NCBI GenBank assembly: GCA_044376115.1
Contig: JBILLK010000035.1
Coordinates: forward strand, 32,001 to 96,000
DNA: 64,000 nt
Reading direction: 5' to 3'
Source of the DNA: Polyangiaceae bacterium
Lineage (GTDB): Bacteria; Myxococcota_A; Polyangia; Polyangiales; Polyangiaceae
The position numbers were made by a program, and so were the translations under genes. Below are positions 37,898 to 47,322 of the stretch, in pieces; the first letter of the stretch is position 1, and every line of letters begins with the position of its first letter. The notes beneath the pieces are model-generated. The model ran no database searches. It saw nothing but the letters and a program-made list of their open reading frames with translations, and was not told the DNA's origin.

Positions 37898-38860
37898 TTA
37901 CCTCGAGTCGCAATCAGCATCGGCAGTCGTGAATCGATAACGAGCTGCGGTTTTGTACTGCATCGTACCGTCCGCCTCGGTGCAGATGGTTTGTGCCGAG
38001 GTCTTGCCGTAGGTGGCGCCGCCGTGCTGCTGTGCGCGGCCTAGACTCGTTAATGCGCCCGCAAAGAGCTCGGCCGCCGAGGCTGTCCAGCGATTGACCA
38101 TTAGCGTGAGCGGGAGCTCGAGCGCGATGGCAGCTCCACGGGCTCGAATCGGGGTCTTGTCACCGTCTGCGTCCTCTTGCTCGAACAGCGTAGTGCCGGG
38201 CGTAATGAATAATCCGAGTGCGCGGATACAGGCGGAGAGCTCGCCTCCTGGATTGTTGCGTAAATCGATGATGAGCTGCGCAATGCCCTGGGCTTGAAGC
38301 TCGCTAACGGCTTGTTGCAAAGCTCCGGGAACATCAGCGCTGAAGGTGCTGATGCGAATGACGCCAATGCGTCCGAAGCAGCGGGCGCGTACAGCGTTGC
38401 CCAGCGGAGCCTCGAGCTCATGGCGCAAGGATTCGAGCGAAGGGCTGGCTGTTTCGGCCTTGCTCTGCTTGCGAGCGCGGGTGAAGAAGACGTTGGTCGT
38501 CGCCGGAACCAGCACGGCGCCCAAGGGGTTGTTCATCGAGTTGCCGGTGGTGGGCGCTGTGAGGTTGATGGCCGGCTGCTTCTCGACGAAGACCACAGCG
38601 TTGCCGGCGGTGAAGGCTCCAGCGCCTTTGATCGTCGGGTGGGCCGTGCCGGCCTCGTCCCCGCTCGTCATCGGGATTTTACTAGATAGATTGAGCGCGC
38701 CCATCATGCTGACATTGACGATGGCCGAGAAGGGCGTTGCTTGCGCGTGCATCGCCATATTGGGATAAGGCACCGGCGCGGTTGCCGGGCCTACGATGGT
38801 ATTGCACACGTCGGGGAAGCCGATGTTGGTACCGGAACCACGGTTGGAAGCGGGGAGCAT
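37898..38860 (-). CDS. DUF4150 (PAAR-like/PIPY) T6SS tip domain fused to S41 peptidase
   Basis: N-terminus FPDVCNT...PVPYPN...SGDEAG; C-terminus IIDLRNNPGG, TASAAE (Ser) and TYGK (Lys). Confidence 0.85.
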   Translation of the reverse strand: MLPASNRGSGTNIGFPDVCNTIVGPATAPVPYPNMAMHAQATPFSAIVNVSMMGALNLSSKIPMTSGDEAGTAHPTIKGAGAFTAGNAVVFVEKQPAINLTAPTTGNSMNNPLGAVLVPATTNVFFTRARKQSKAETASPSLESLRHELEAPLGNAVRARCFGRIGVIRISTFSADVPGALQQAVSELQAQGIAQLIIDLRNNPGGELSACIRALGLFITPGTTLFEQEDADGDKTPIRARGAAIALELPLTLMVNRWTASAAELFAGALTSLGRAQQHGGATYGKTSAQTICTEADGTMQYKTAARYRFTTADADCDSR

Positions 38861-38873
38861 CTGGGTCTTCCTT

Positions 38874-39443
38874 TCAGCCGAGGTGGATACGCTTGCCGTT
38901 GACCGCCACCGTCTCTTCGGTGAGCAGCGAGATGTCGCGCGCCTTGGTGGTATCCCGGCCGTCCACCACGGTGTTCTTCGAGCCGAGGTGCTGACTGAGC
39001 GAGCCACGCACGCGCTCCACCAGCGAGCCAAGCTTGTGCACCGCTGCGTCGGCGACCACCTTCATCGCCCCGGTGAGGATCTGGACCTCTTGCGACTCGA
39101 TGGTGACTCCGCGATCGCCGGTGAGCGAGAGATTGCCGCCACGCGCGCGGATCGCCACGTCGCCGGGCAGATCCAGGCAGGTGCGCCCTTTGCCGTTCAG
39201 CACGCCAATCGCGTAGGCCGCTCCTTCGGAGCGCGTAACCACCAGCTCGTCGCCTTCCGCCGGCACGTACGCGACCACGAAGGCCGAGCGCACATGCAGC
39301 GTTTCACCGTCGGGCAGCCGCACGAAGGCGCCGCTTTGCGTGACGTCCAGCACGATGGCCGGACCGAGGTAGAAGCCGTTCGGCTTCTTGTCGTTGAGCT
39401 TATGGGTACGCGATGCGAAATCTTGAACAGCTTGAAGCGACAT
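38874..39443 (-). CDS. DUF3540 family protein
   Basis: P.EGDELVV....AYAIGVL and C-terminal VNGKRIHLG; canonical position before DUF4150. Confidence 0.75.
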   Translation of the reverse strand: MSLQAVQDFASRTHKLNDKKPNGFYLGPAIVLDVTQSGAFVRLPDGETLHVRSAFVVAYVPAEGDELVVTRSEGAAYAIGVLNGKGRTCLDLPGDVAIRARGGNLSLTGDRGVTIESQEVQILTGAMKVVADAAVHKLGSLVERVRGSLSQHLGSKNTVVDGRDTTKARDISLLTEETVAVNGKRIHLG

Positions 39444-39474
39444 GAGTTCCTTTCAGAGGTTCAGGGAGTTGCGG

Positions 39475-41040
39475 TCAGACAGTTGGAGTGGCGTTGCGAG
39501 CCGGCATGCGCCAGGCCTCTGCGAGTAGGCGGGCGTTGTCGGTTGCTTTTGCTGAAGCAAGCGATGAGCCAAGCCAGATGGTGCGGTCCGACTTCACGGC
39601 GTGGAGCGAGGCCTTCTCCAAGCGAGCCCCGCTGAAGTCGGCGCGATCGAGCAGCGCGTGCGCCAGATCGGCGTACTGCAGGTCGGCTCGGGCGAAGCTG
39701 GCGGAGATCGCTGTAACCCGCGCACACAAGGCTTCGCGCAGGTTGGCTTCGGCGAAGGTGGCGGAGCTCAGATCGGCCTCGGTGAAGGTGGCGTGGCGGA
39801 GCTTGGCCGCGCGAAAGTCAGCGCCGCTGCAGACCGCTTTGCCGAAACAAGCGGCCTTGGCTTGCACGCCGCGCAGGTTCGCTCGCGTCAGCACCGCGCC
39901 CAGCAGATTGGCTTGCGCGAGCGTGGCCTCGCGAAAGTTCGCCCCGCTCAAGTTGGCGCCGGAGAGGTTCGCTCCGGTCAGGTCGGCGCCGGAGAAGTCG
40001 AGGCCCTCGAGTGAGAGCCCGATGAAGCCACAACGAACGCGGTGCGCGTTGCGGTGGTCGAACAAGAGCGCGGTGGTTTGATCGAACATGACCTCCTCGA
40101 AGCCGAGGCCGCTCAGGTCGGCGTCGACGAAGCTCGCGCGCTCGATCCCGACCTTGCGAAGCAGCGCGCCGCGCAGGTTGGCGCCATCCAGCGTGGCGCC
40201 GCTCAAGCTCGAGAGCATCAAGGTGCAACCTTCGAGCCGCGCGCCGGTCAGGTCGGCGTCCTCGAGCAGCAAGAGCTGCAGCGTGCGGCCGGCGAAGTCC
40301 ACGCCACGCAGCTTGGCGCCCAAGAAGCAGACGCCGAACAGCTTGGTGTCACGGAAGGACGCGTGCGAGACGTTGGCGTCCTGAAATACGGCGCCTTCGA
40401 GATCACAGCCGTCGAAGTTGGCGCCCTCGAGCTGCGCCCCGCGAAAGGAAGCTCGCTTGAGATCGGCCCCGCGGAAGTCGAGCCCGTTCAGCTTCGCCCC
40501 GTCGAAGTCGGAGCCCTCGAGCCCGGTATGCGCCAGGCCGGCCTGAGCGAAGATCGCTTCATCGAGCAGGCATTGCACGATCTTCTTGGGGCCGGCGGCC
40601 CAGCGCAAATCCGCGGCGTGCAGCAGCGATTCCTCGATCTCGGCGTCGGTCAGATCGGCGCCCACGAGCTTGGCCTTGGGCCAGGCGACTTCCTTGAGGA
40701 GCGCCGCTCGAAAGGAAGCGCCTGAGAGATCGGCGCCGGGCATCTTCACCTTGTTCAGCCGCGCGTGGTCCCAGCGCGTGGCCGTCCACAAACATTGCAG
40801 AGCGATCACGTTCTCGAGCTGGGCATCGGAGAAGTCGATGGCGCGCAGATCACAAGCGAACAGCTCGACGTTCGTAAGCTTCGCGCCCGCGAGCGAGGCG
40901 CCGGAGAGGTTGACCGCCTGCAGCTTGCAACCGGATAGGTCCGCGCCGCTGAGGTCCGCGCCGCTCAGGTCGAGATGATGCAGTGCGAGCCCACGTAGGC
41001 TCTCTCCGCGTCGTACCCGTTGTTCCAACTCCGATCTCAA
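39475..41040 (-). CDS. Pentapeptide repeat protein
   Basis: A(D/N)LxG pentapeptide repeats throughout. Confidence 0.92.
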   Translation of the reverse strand: MRSELEQRVRRGESLRGLALHHLDLSGADLSGADLSGCKLQAVNLSGASLAGAKLTNVELFACDLRAIDFSDAQLENVIALQCLWTATRWDHARLNKVKMPGADLSGASFRAALLKEVAWPKAKLVGADLTDAEIEESLLHAADLRWAAGPKKIVQCLLDEAIFAQAGLAHTGLEGSDFDGAKLNGLDFRGADLKRASFRGAQLEGANFDGCDLEGAVFQDANVSHASFRDTKLFGVCFLGAKLRGVDFAGRTLQLLLLEDADLTGARLEGCTLMLSSLSGATLDGANLRGALLRKVGIERASFVDADLSGLGFEEVMFDQTTALLFDHRNAHRVRCGFIGLSLEGLDFSGADLTGANLSGANLSGANFREATLAQANLLGAVLTRANLRGVQAKAACFGKAVCSGADFRAAKLRHATFTEADLSSATFAEANLREALCARVTAISASFARADLQYADLAHALLDRADFSGARLEKASLHAVKSDRTIWLGSSLASAKATDNARLLAEAWRMPARNATPTV

Positions 41041-43307
41041 ACTCCACCTCCGGTGAGGCGCTCGACATTGGCGCCGTCGAACCGTACTGATTCACCTTTC
41101 ATGCCATGCACCGCGGCGCCGAAGAGGTTGGCGTGGATGAAGGCGGTGCCGTGCACCGAGCAGCGGCGAAGATCCGCCTCGAACAGGTTGGCGCGCTCGA
41201 AGCTGGCGCGATCCAAGCAAGCCCGTAAAAAGCGCGCCGCCCGCAAATCAGCGCCGAACAGCCGAGCTTGTTTGAGGTTGGCCCCGTCGAAGACCGCGCA
41301 CGGCAATTCGGCGAAGGAGAAGTCGGTCTCGCTCAGCATCGCGCCGAGCCACACGCTGGCTTCTCCGTGCGCACCGACGAAGCTGGCTCCGCCGAGCTGG
41401 GCCTCGGAGAAGGCGGTCTTTTCGAGGCGGGCGTCCGAAAGGTTGGCGTGGCTGAGGCGGCTGCGAAAGAAGAAGCAACGCTCGAGATCGGCGCCGATCA
41501 GCGAGGCGCTGCTGAGGTCGGACTCTTGGAAGTCGACGGCTACGAAGCGGACCTTGGCCAGCGTGGCGCCTCGCAAAACCGCGCGGGTCAGCAGCGCTTG
41601 CTGGGCTTGCGCGCCGGTCAGATCGGCGAAGGAGAGGTTGGCCTCTTCCCAGGTCGAACGGTCGAAACGGATGCTCTTGAGCGAAGCGCTGACGAAGCTC
41701 GCGCCGGTTGCGTCCACCGTGGTGAGGGTCGCTCCGTCGAGGTTGGCCTCGGAGAAGTCGGCTAAACAGAGGCAGGCGCCGGTGAGATCGGCCCCAGCGA
41801 GGTTCGCGCCGATCAGCTTGGTCGCCTGCAGGTTGGCCTCGCGCAGGTTGACGCCGCGCAGATCGAACCCGGAGAGATTCCAGCCGGCCAGATCGCGGCC
41901 GCTCAGGTCGGCGAAGGGCACGAGTTCGGCCTTGTGTTCGTTGGCTTTGCCGATCAAGAGCTGCGCCTTGGCGAGCTCGCGCTTTGCGTTTTCGTCTTGG
42001 GTTTGACGTGCGGCTCGCTGGAAGGCCTGGGTGACCGGCAGCTTGGCGGCGGCGGGGATGGTGCCTGCCGGAGCTGCGCCTGCGGGCGACTGGTTCGACT
42101 TTTGTGCCTCGTTGATCAGCGCCCGCAAATCGACGCCTTGTTTGCCCCCAGCGAGTGCGCGGGCCAGCACATCGGCTACGGCGTCTCCGGCCTTACCACC
42201 GCCGAAGGTCTTGCTCAGATCGGCGGCCAGCGCTTCATCCTTCTTGCCGACCACTTCAGCGTCTTTTGCAACCTCGGCCAGCGCCTCGGCCAGTCCTGTC
42301 TCGAGTCCAACCGGATCGCGATCGAAGGCCTCGAGTTCGGCCAAGTGCGCGTTGCGATCCCCTGGCTCAGCGAGCGAAGCACCCACCACTAGCAGGCTGC
42401 TCACATCCGACAGATCCTCCTCGCCGACTTCGCAATGTCCGCGCCAGGTCAGCGTGACGCGGCGTTGGTCCGACTCGACGAACACCGTATCGAGCCGCAG
42501 CAATACCTCGCGCGCGCCGTGCTCGCGGCTCTTGACGTAGGCCCTCGGAAACAGGCCGGGCAGGCGCGTCGTGAGCGAGGCATGCAGCGGATCCAGGTTG
42601 ATCAGCTTGAGTTCGGCGTCGACGGCGAGCGCATCGAGTTGTTGATCCTGCGGCGCGGCTTGGAAGGCTCGAAAATCGAAGTCTGCGGCGAAGAAGGGCG
42701 CGCGCGTCTTTTGGTAGTCCTCGCCCCAGGCCTTGCCCCAGTGCTGTTGGCGCGCGGGCCAGTCGGGGTGCACCGCGCCGAAGTTCGCCGCGAATTGCGG
42801 CTCGTCTTGGCGACGTCGCGGAAACTCCGGGTGCTCGACGTTCGGGATGTCGGCGCCGATCGGGTTGTGCTCGGTGCGCGAAGCACGCGACCAATCGAGC
42901 GCTTGTTCGCTGAAGGGCAGCGGCTCAGAGAGCGTTCGTGAATCGAGCCAACGTCGTGTACCCACCACCCGCAGCCGCTTGCGCAGTGGCCCCACCGAAA
43001 GCTCCACGCCGCACTCGCGCAGCGGCAAGCCGTGCGGGGTATGACAGCTGCCGCTCAAAAGCACGTCCACCTTCGGCTTGAACGGCGCGAAATCTCCCGG
43101 GTAGAGCAGGGCGTTTTCACGATCGTCGTCGACAAAGGACTCGGCTTTGAGCGGCCCTTGCGCAAGCAAATCCCCCACCAATTCACATTGGCCGTTGGGC
43201 ACGAGCGTGAAGGTTCCGCGTACCACCACCACCATTTCGGGCGTGGGCGGACGACGTGAGGTGACGATGGCGGCGGTAACGAAGGGAGACGTATTTCGGA
43301 TTCGCAT
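41037..43307 (-). CDS. DUF2169 T6SS accessory protein fused to pentapeptide repeats
   Basis: DFAPFKPKVDVLL.G, FQAAPQDQQ and LDTV..E....RVTLTWR, then C-terminal pentapeptides. Confidence 0.88.
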   Translation of the reverse strand: MRIRNTSPFVTAAIVTSRRPPTPEMVVVVRGTFTLVPNGQCELVGDLLAQGPLKAESFVDDDRENALLYPGDFAPFKPKVDVLLSGSCHTPHGLPLRECGVELSVGPLRKRLRVVGTRRWLDSRTLSEPLPFSEQALDWSRASRTEHNPIGADIPNVEHPEFPRRRQDEPQFAANFGAVHPDWPARQQHWGKAWGEDYQKTRAPFFAADFDFRAFQAAPQDQQLDALAVDAELKLINLDPLHASLTTRLPGLFPRAYVKSREHGAREVLLRLDTVFVESDQRRVTLTWRGHCEVGEEDLSDVSSLLVVGASLAEPGDRNAHLAELEAFDRDPVGLETGLAEALAEVAKDAEVVGKKDEALAADLSKTFGGGKAGDAVADVLARALAGGKQGVDLRALINEAQKSNQSPAGAAPAGTIPAAAKLPVTQAFQRAARQTQDENAKRELAKAQLLIGKANEHKAELVPFADLSGRDLAGWNLSGFDLRGVNLREANLQATKLIGANLAGADLTGACLCLADFSEANLDGATLTTVDATGASFVSASLKSIRFDRSTWEEANLSFADLTGAQAQQALLTRAVLRGATLAKVRFVAVDFQESDLSSASLIGADLERCFFFRSRLSHANLSDARLEKTAFSEAQLGGASFVGAHGEASVWLGAMLSETDFSFAELPCAVFDGANLKQARLFGADLRAARFLRACLDRASFERANLFEADLRRCSVHGTAFIHANLFGAAVHGMKGESVRFDGANVERLTGGGV

Positions 43308-43323
43308 GGGGATGAGAAAGGGA

Positions 43324-44583
43324 TCAGCCGAGGAAGATGGCGAGGGCGTGTTCTTTGATGAAGGCAGCAAGCGTCGTGCCGCCGCCGGGTTTGAATTCAG
43401 TTGCGTCGCAGGCTGAAATTTCGACCTTTCGTGAGAGGTTGATCTCGGTGGAGGCGCCAACGAAGAGCTGCATCGACTTGCCGATGAAGGCCTCGAGCGC
43501 CATCGGCGCGACCGAGACCTCGGTGGTGAAGCCGGCGATGCGCAGGCTCTCCATCGACCCGACGAACAACTCGGCGAAGTTGCCGTACCAATGCTCGTCG
43601 GCGGTGCCGAACGACTCATTCTGGATTGCAGTATGCGTGCCCACCCGACCGAGGGTGTTCTTGATGGTGCTGGCGAGAATGCGCGTGTCCACCGTGTCGG
43701 CGTGGGTGATCTCGAGCTTGGTGCCTTCGCTCGCCGTCTGCTCTGGGCCGAAGTCGCCTTCGTCTGCTGCCATGGTACCGACGCGGACGTAGTTGGCCGA
43801 ATTGCCGAGTACGCGTTGGTCGCTAGTTGAGGCAGCGGTAGTGGAGGTCGTGATGGTGGTCGCGTAGACGGTCTCGGAGATCGCCGGCTTGGTTTTGGCG
43901 GGTCGGGGCGCGGAGCCAGCCTCGAGCACGAGCTCGCCTTGGTCGGCCGAACCGACCACCTTGGTGATCTCCGGTCCGTAAAATTCTTCGCGCATGCGGC
44001 CGTGGTAGATGTTGGTGACGTGGCCTTTTTCGGCCTCTTCGAGCACGGCCCAGGTGCCACCGAGATCGGCATCTTGCACCCAGCGCACCGAAGAAATGGC
44101 TCCCGGCGCGATGTCGCCGCTCTGAATCAAACCGCCCGAAGCGTCGAAGAAGGCCGCTTGTTCCGGATCATCCTGGTGGCCGAGCACCAGCAGCTTGTAG
44201 TTACCGCGGATGACCTCGACTTTATCGCCGCGGGTGGTGCTGATGCGGTTGCCGTCGGAGTGATCGCGCCAGCCGCAATCGGAGACGATCTTGGAGCTCG
44301 TGGCTTGTCGCGTCGCGAGCGGGATTCCATCCGGTTCGCCGGTGCGCTGGCGGGTGTCGTTGATGAAGAGGGGTGTCGAGCCATCGGAGCTGCGAGCTTT
44401 CTCGAACAGGTCCGAGCCTTCCTCGACCGTTGGGTCGCTCGCTTGGGGGGTCGCGCCAAGGCGCAGGTAGGAGACGAGGCTCTCGCCCCCGTCGCGGTTC
44501 CCTTTGTAATCGGGAACCTTGAGCATCATGTACTTGTAGTCCGTGCCGACGTTTTCTTGCAGATACTCGATGTCTTCAGCCAT
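43324..44583 (-). CDS. VgrG-associated protein with gp5 C-terminal-like beta repeats
   Basis: Directly follows vgrG; DGNRISTTRGDKVEVIRGNY-type repeats and a Thr/Val-rich beta-repeat C-half. Confidence 0.6.
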   Translation of the reverse strand: MAEDIEYLQENVGTDYKYMMLKVPDYKGNRDGGESLVSYLRLGATPQASDPTVEEGSDLFEKARSSDGSTPLFINDTRQRTGEPDGIPLATRQATSSKIVSDCGWRDHSDGNRISTTRGDKVEVIRGNYKLLVLGHQDDPEQAAFFDASGGLIQSGDIAPGAISSVRWVQDADLGGTWAVLEEAEKGHVTNIYHGRMREEFYGPEITKVVGSADQGELVLEAGSAPRPAKTKPAISETVYATTITTSTTAASTSDQRVLGNSANYVRVGTMAADEGDFGPEQTASEGTKLEITHADTVDTRILASTIKNTLGRVGTHTAIQNESFGTADEHWYGNFAELFVGSMESLRIAGFTTEVSVAPMALEAFIGKSMQLFVGASTEINLSRKVEISACDATEFKPGGGTTLAAFIKEHALAIFLG

Positions 44584-44607
44584 GGGATCCTTGGTTGGGG
44601 TGGGTGG

Positions 44608-46122
44608 TCAGATCGGAAGGGTTTTGTCGCGGAACTGCATGACGATGCCGCTTGCGGTGACGACCTCACTGACGCGAGCGCGTGAGGCGTTGACCGGAGA
44701 CGGATTCACCGCGTTCGGCACAGCGCCGAGGATCACCGGGCGATCCGGATCTCCGTCGAGGAAGGCGACGATCACCTCGACACCCGGTCGCAATGGAAAA
44801 TGCGTGCCATAGCCTGCGCCGGCGTGAGCTTGCGCCATGCGGATCGGGCGCGACGGCTTCACACCGCTGTTGCTCGCGCCGTCGAAGTGAAAGCGCACCC
44901 AATAGCGGCCCTCCTCATCAATCTGCGCGGGCAAGAGCGGTGCTCCGGGGGCCGTGGGAACGGGCTCGACCTGGCCGGTGAGAAAGCCAAAAACCCGCGG
45001 TTTGGGCGTGATGCGCGCCGGTCGGAACACGACCGAGGCCAGTAGCGCGCGGAAGTCGTTGCGGTACGCACCCGGCTCGCTGCTGGAGAGCGCCGAAGGT
45101 CGCCGATAGTCGTGGTCCACCGAGAGCAGGCACAGATCGGTGGGAGCGCCACGCGAGAGCAACGGATGATCGGTCAGGGTGAACCGTGCGCCAGCGCTCA
45201 GCGTATGAACGGCGCTCTTGCCGTCGAACAGGCTGCGTTTGGCGAGCTTCTCTTCGGCGCGGAGCTTGGCGATTTGCGCTGCATGCTCCGGTGATTTGGC
45301 GTGGCTGCCGTAGTCGAGGGAGCCGCCGAAAAGGCCCTCTTCGATCTCGTGCACTGCGGCGATATCGGCGAGCGGGGTGCGGTAGTTGTAGTCGCGCACC
45401 GCGACCATGGTCGGCACAAGTTGCTGGCGACGCACGAAGGAGAAGACGGCGTCACTACCTTGCGGGTCGAAGCGCAACGGCGCGGCTTCTTGGAAGGCGC
45501 TGTTGGAGTCGCAAAAGACGATGGTGTCGGTTTGGCCGTGCTCGAAGAAGTAGGCGATGCCGGCGTCCTCGAGCAGCCGCTCGACGAAGGCGAGATCGGT
45601 CTCGCGGTATTGCACGACGAATTCGCGCTTTTCGTAGTCGCGGCTGAGGCGGAACTCGAAGTCGGTGGGCTCTTGCAGGCCGAACAGACCGAGCTTCTCT
45701 CGCACGATCTCCGGCACGCTCTTGCCGAGGTGGATCGTCTGCGTTTCGACCATCCGTAGCTTGGCCAACGTCGGCACGATGCGCAGCGAAAGCAGGCGCG
45801 GTTGGTCGCCGGCGAAGAGCTTGTTCTCGGTAGCCGCGGTGCCCACGCCGGGCTCGCCGTCGTCGATCAGCAGCCGCTCGCTCACAGCCTCGACGAAGCC
45901 GTGCACCACGCGGGTCTCCAGGCCGTTCTCGATGAAGCGTAGGGCAACCCGTGCGCCCTCCAGATCCTCGACCGTCGTTTCCATCGAAGGCGCGACCAGG
46001 TCTGCGACGAACAAGAAGGTGCGAGAGACCTCCTCGTGTCCGTGAACCCGGGTCACGACCGCTCCGTCGAGCTTTGCGTCGTCACAGGAGAGCTGAAGTT
46101 CGAGATTGGTTGCCGATGACAT
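44608..46122 (-). CDS. vgrG: Type VI secretion spike protein VgrG (short form)
   Basis: VQYRETDLAFVERLLEDAGIAYFF, DYNYRTP, IDEEGRYWVRF and G.HFPLRPGVEVIVAFLDGDPDRPVI; GGAGG before the ATG at 46122. Confidence 0.93.
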   Translation of the reverse strand: MSSATNLELQLSCDDAKLDGAVVTRVHGHEEVSRTFLFVADLVAPSMETTVEDLEGARVALRFIENGLETRVVHGFVEAVSERLLIDDGEPGVGTAATENKLFAGDQPRLLSLRIVPTLAKLRMVETQTIHLGKSVPEIVREKLGLFGLQEPTDFEFRLSRDYEKREFVVQYRETDLAFVERLLEDAGIAYFFEHGQTDTIVFCDSNSAFQEAAPLRFDPQGSDAVFSFVRRQQLVPTMVAVRDYNYRTPLADIAAVHEIEEGLFGGSLDYGSHAKSPEHAAQIAKLRAEEKLAKRSLFDGKSAVHTLSAGARFTLTDHPLLSRGAPTDLCLLSVDHDYRRPSALSSSEPGAYRNDFRALLASVVFRPARITPKPRVFGFLTGQVEPVPTAPGAPLLPAQIDEEGRYWVRFHFDGASNSGVKPSRPIRMAQAHAGAGYGTHFPLRPGVEVIVAFLDGDPDRPVILGAVPNAVNPSPVNASRARVSEVVTASGIVMQFRDKTLPI

Positions 46123-46152
46123 GCTTTGCGAATGACCTCCGTCCTCGCTCAT

Positions 46153-46168
46153 TGCAGCCGGCGTGCCT
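46153..46168 (-). promoter_or_regulatory. Sigma54 -24/-12 promoter of the vgrG operon
   Basis: Minus strand AGGCACGCCGGCTGCA (GG-N10-GC), 30 bp before the vgrG ATG. Confidence 0.65.
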
Positions 46169-46224
46169 CGCTCCGGGGCCCTCGCTTGCGGCCGCTTAGG
46201 GCCGCAGATCGAGGGTGCATCAGG

Positions 46225-46260
46225 GTGTATCAGGTGTATCGGCGGATACAGCTGATACAC
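46225..46260. promoter_or_regulatory. 36-bp palindrome, copy 1 (candidate enhancer)
   Basis: GTGTATCAGGTGTATC-GGCG-GATACAGCTGATACAC; second copy at 47760-47795. Confidence 0.65.
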
Positions 46261-46433
46261 CCCAGCCTTCTGTTCTGCGCGGGCTCGGTCACGGGCTCGG
46301 TCACGGGCTCGGTCTCGAGGATGGGCGGTCGAAGTGGACGTTTTGTTGAGAACGACGCTCGATCGCCCTGGGATGGGCGGCCGAATTCAACAAAACGCCC
46401 AAATCGAAGGCCGATCCACCGAGGGGCCAGCGG

Positions 46434-46590
46434 TCTGTACGCAAGGAAAATCGGTCTGTACCCCCCCGGGAACCGTTCTGTACCCCCCCGGGAACCGTTC
46501 TGTACCCCGGGGGGAAGCCGTCTGTACCCCCGGGAACCCGTTCTGTACCCCCCTTTTTCGGCTCTGTACGGGGGGGTTCGCAGTCTGTAC
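46434..46590. repeat. Phased array of eight TCTGTAC heptamers
   Basis: Starts at 46434, 46455, 46477, 46499, 46521, 46542, 46563 and 46584 (period 21-22 bp) with variable spacers. Confidence 0.85.
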
Positions 46591-46594
46591 GCGT

Positions 46595-46860
46595 TCAGAC
46601 AGGGGTGGGAGTGGGAGGAGGGGTGACCTTCTTGTTGCGTTGACGGCGGCGGCGGAGGTAGGCGCTGGAGAACTTGCTTTGGGTAGCGGCGTCGTCTTCG
46701 TAGGCGTAGCGGCCAGCGGCGCGCAGGTTGGCGAGGACGTCGTCGAGGTGGGAGTACGCGCGGTCGCGCAGGTCTTTGGCCGCCGCTTGATCGCTGGTGA
46801 CGGTGGCGGCGCTCACGGCCAAGCGCAACTCGCTGGCGAGACTGCTCGCGGTGGCTCCGA
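46595..46860 (-). pseudogene. 3' fragment of a hypothetical gene
   Basis: ...KDLRDRAYSHLDDVLANLRAAGRYAY...SAYLRRRR with good codon bias; in-frame TAG immediately upstream and no convincing start. Confidence 0.5.
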
Positions 46861-46942
46861 TCTATCCGGTTTCTGGTGGCACCGAAAATCGGATCAAGTC
46901 CACGGATGCAAGGCGGGACATGAAAGTGAAAGAGCAGATGCC

Positions 46943-47236
46943 ATGAGCGCGCTGAGAATTACGATTGCGCTGAGCTTGCTCGCCAGCTGCTCCAACGTTG
47001 AGGTGGATTGCCGTAGCCTGTCGAAGGAGGGCTGCTGGGATCAGACCGAAGAGTGCCGACGGAGTGGGCCGGCGTGGGGCTGTCTTGAGCTTTGCTCAGG
47101 GCAATCCGATTGCGAAGAGGGCTTCGTGTGCACAAGCACTGGATACGCGACGGAGTTGGATGGGCCCGAAGAAGCCAACGCCTTTGCGGATCTATGCCGA
47201 GATGACGCGTGGGTGGAGGAGTCCTCCTCCCAGTAG
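46943..47236 (+). CDS. Small Cys-rich lipoprotein
   Basis: MSALRITIALSLLASC lipobox plus eight further Cys. Confidence 0.6.
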   Translation: MSALRITIALSLLASCSNVEVDCRSLSKEGCWDQTEECRRSGPAWGCLELCSGQSDCEEGFVCTSTGYATELDGPEEANAFADLCRDDAWVEESSSQ

Positions 47237-47322
47237 CGACGGCGGTGATGAAGCGCAGCGGGCAGCAGTTCGCTGCGCGTTGTCGCGATCGGAACCCATC
47301 GACTGTTACTCGCTCGAAGGAA

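Noticed and set aside
43308..44072. 1011-aa ORF-track N-terminal extension of DUF2169
   Set aside because: It overlaps the 43324-44583 gene in another frame with nonsense-like composition; the real start is ATG 43307.
46434..46590. CRISPR array
   Set aside because: The conserved unit is only 7 bp with ~14-bp spacers, and there are no cas genes.
46334..46942. N-terminal two thirds of the 300-aa ORF
   Set aside because: It reads through the repeat array and an antisense fragment; only the lipoprotein from 46943 looks real.
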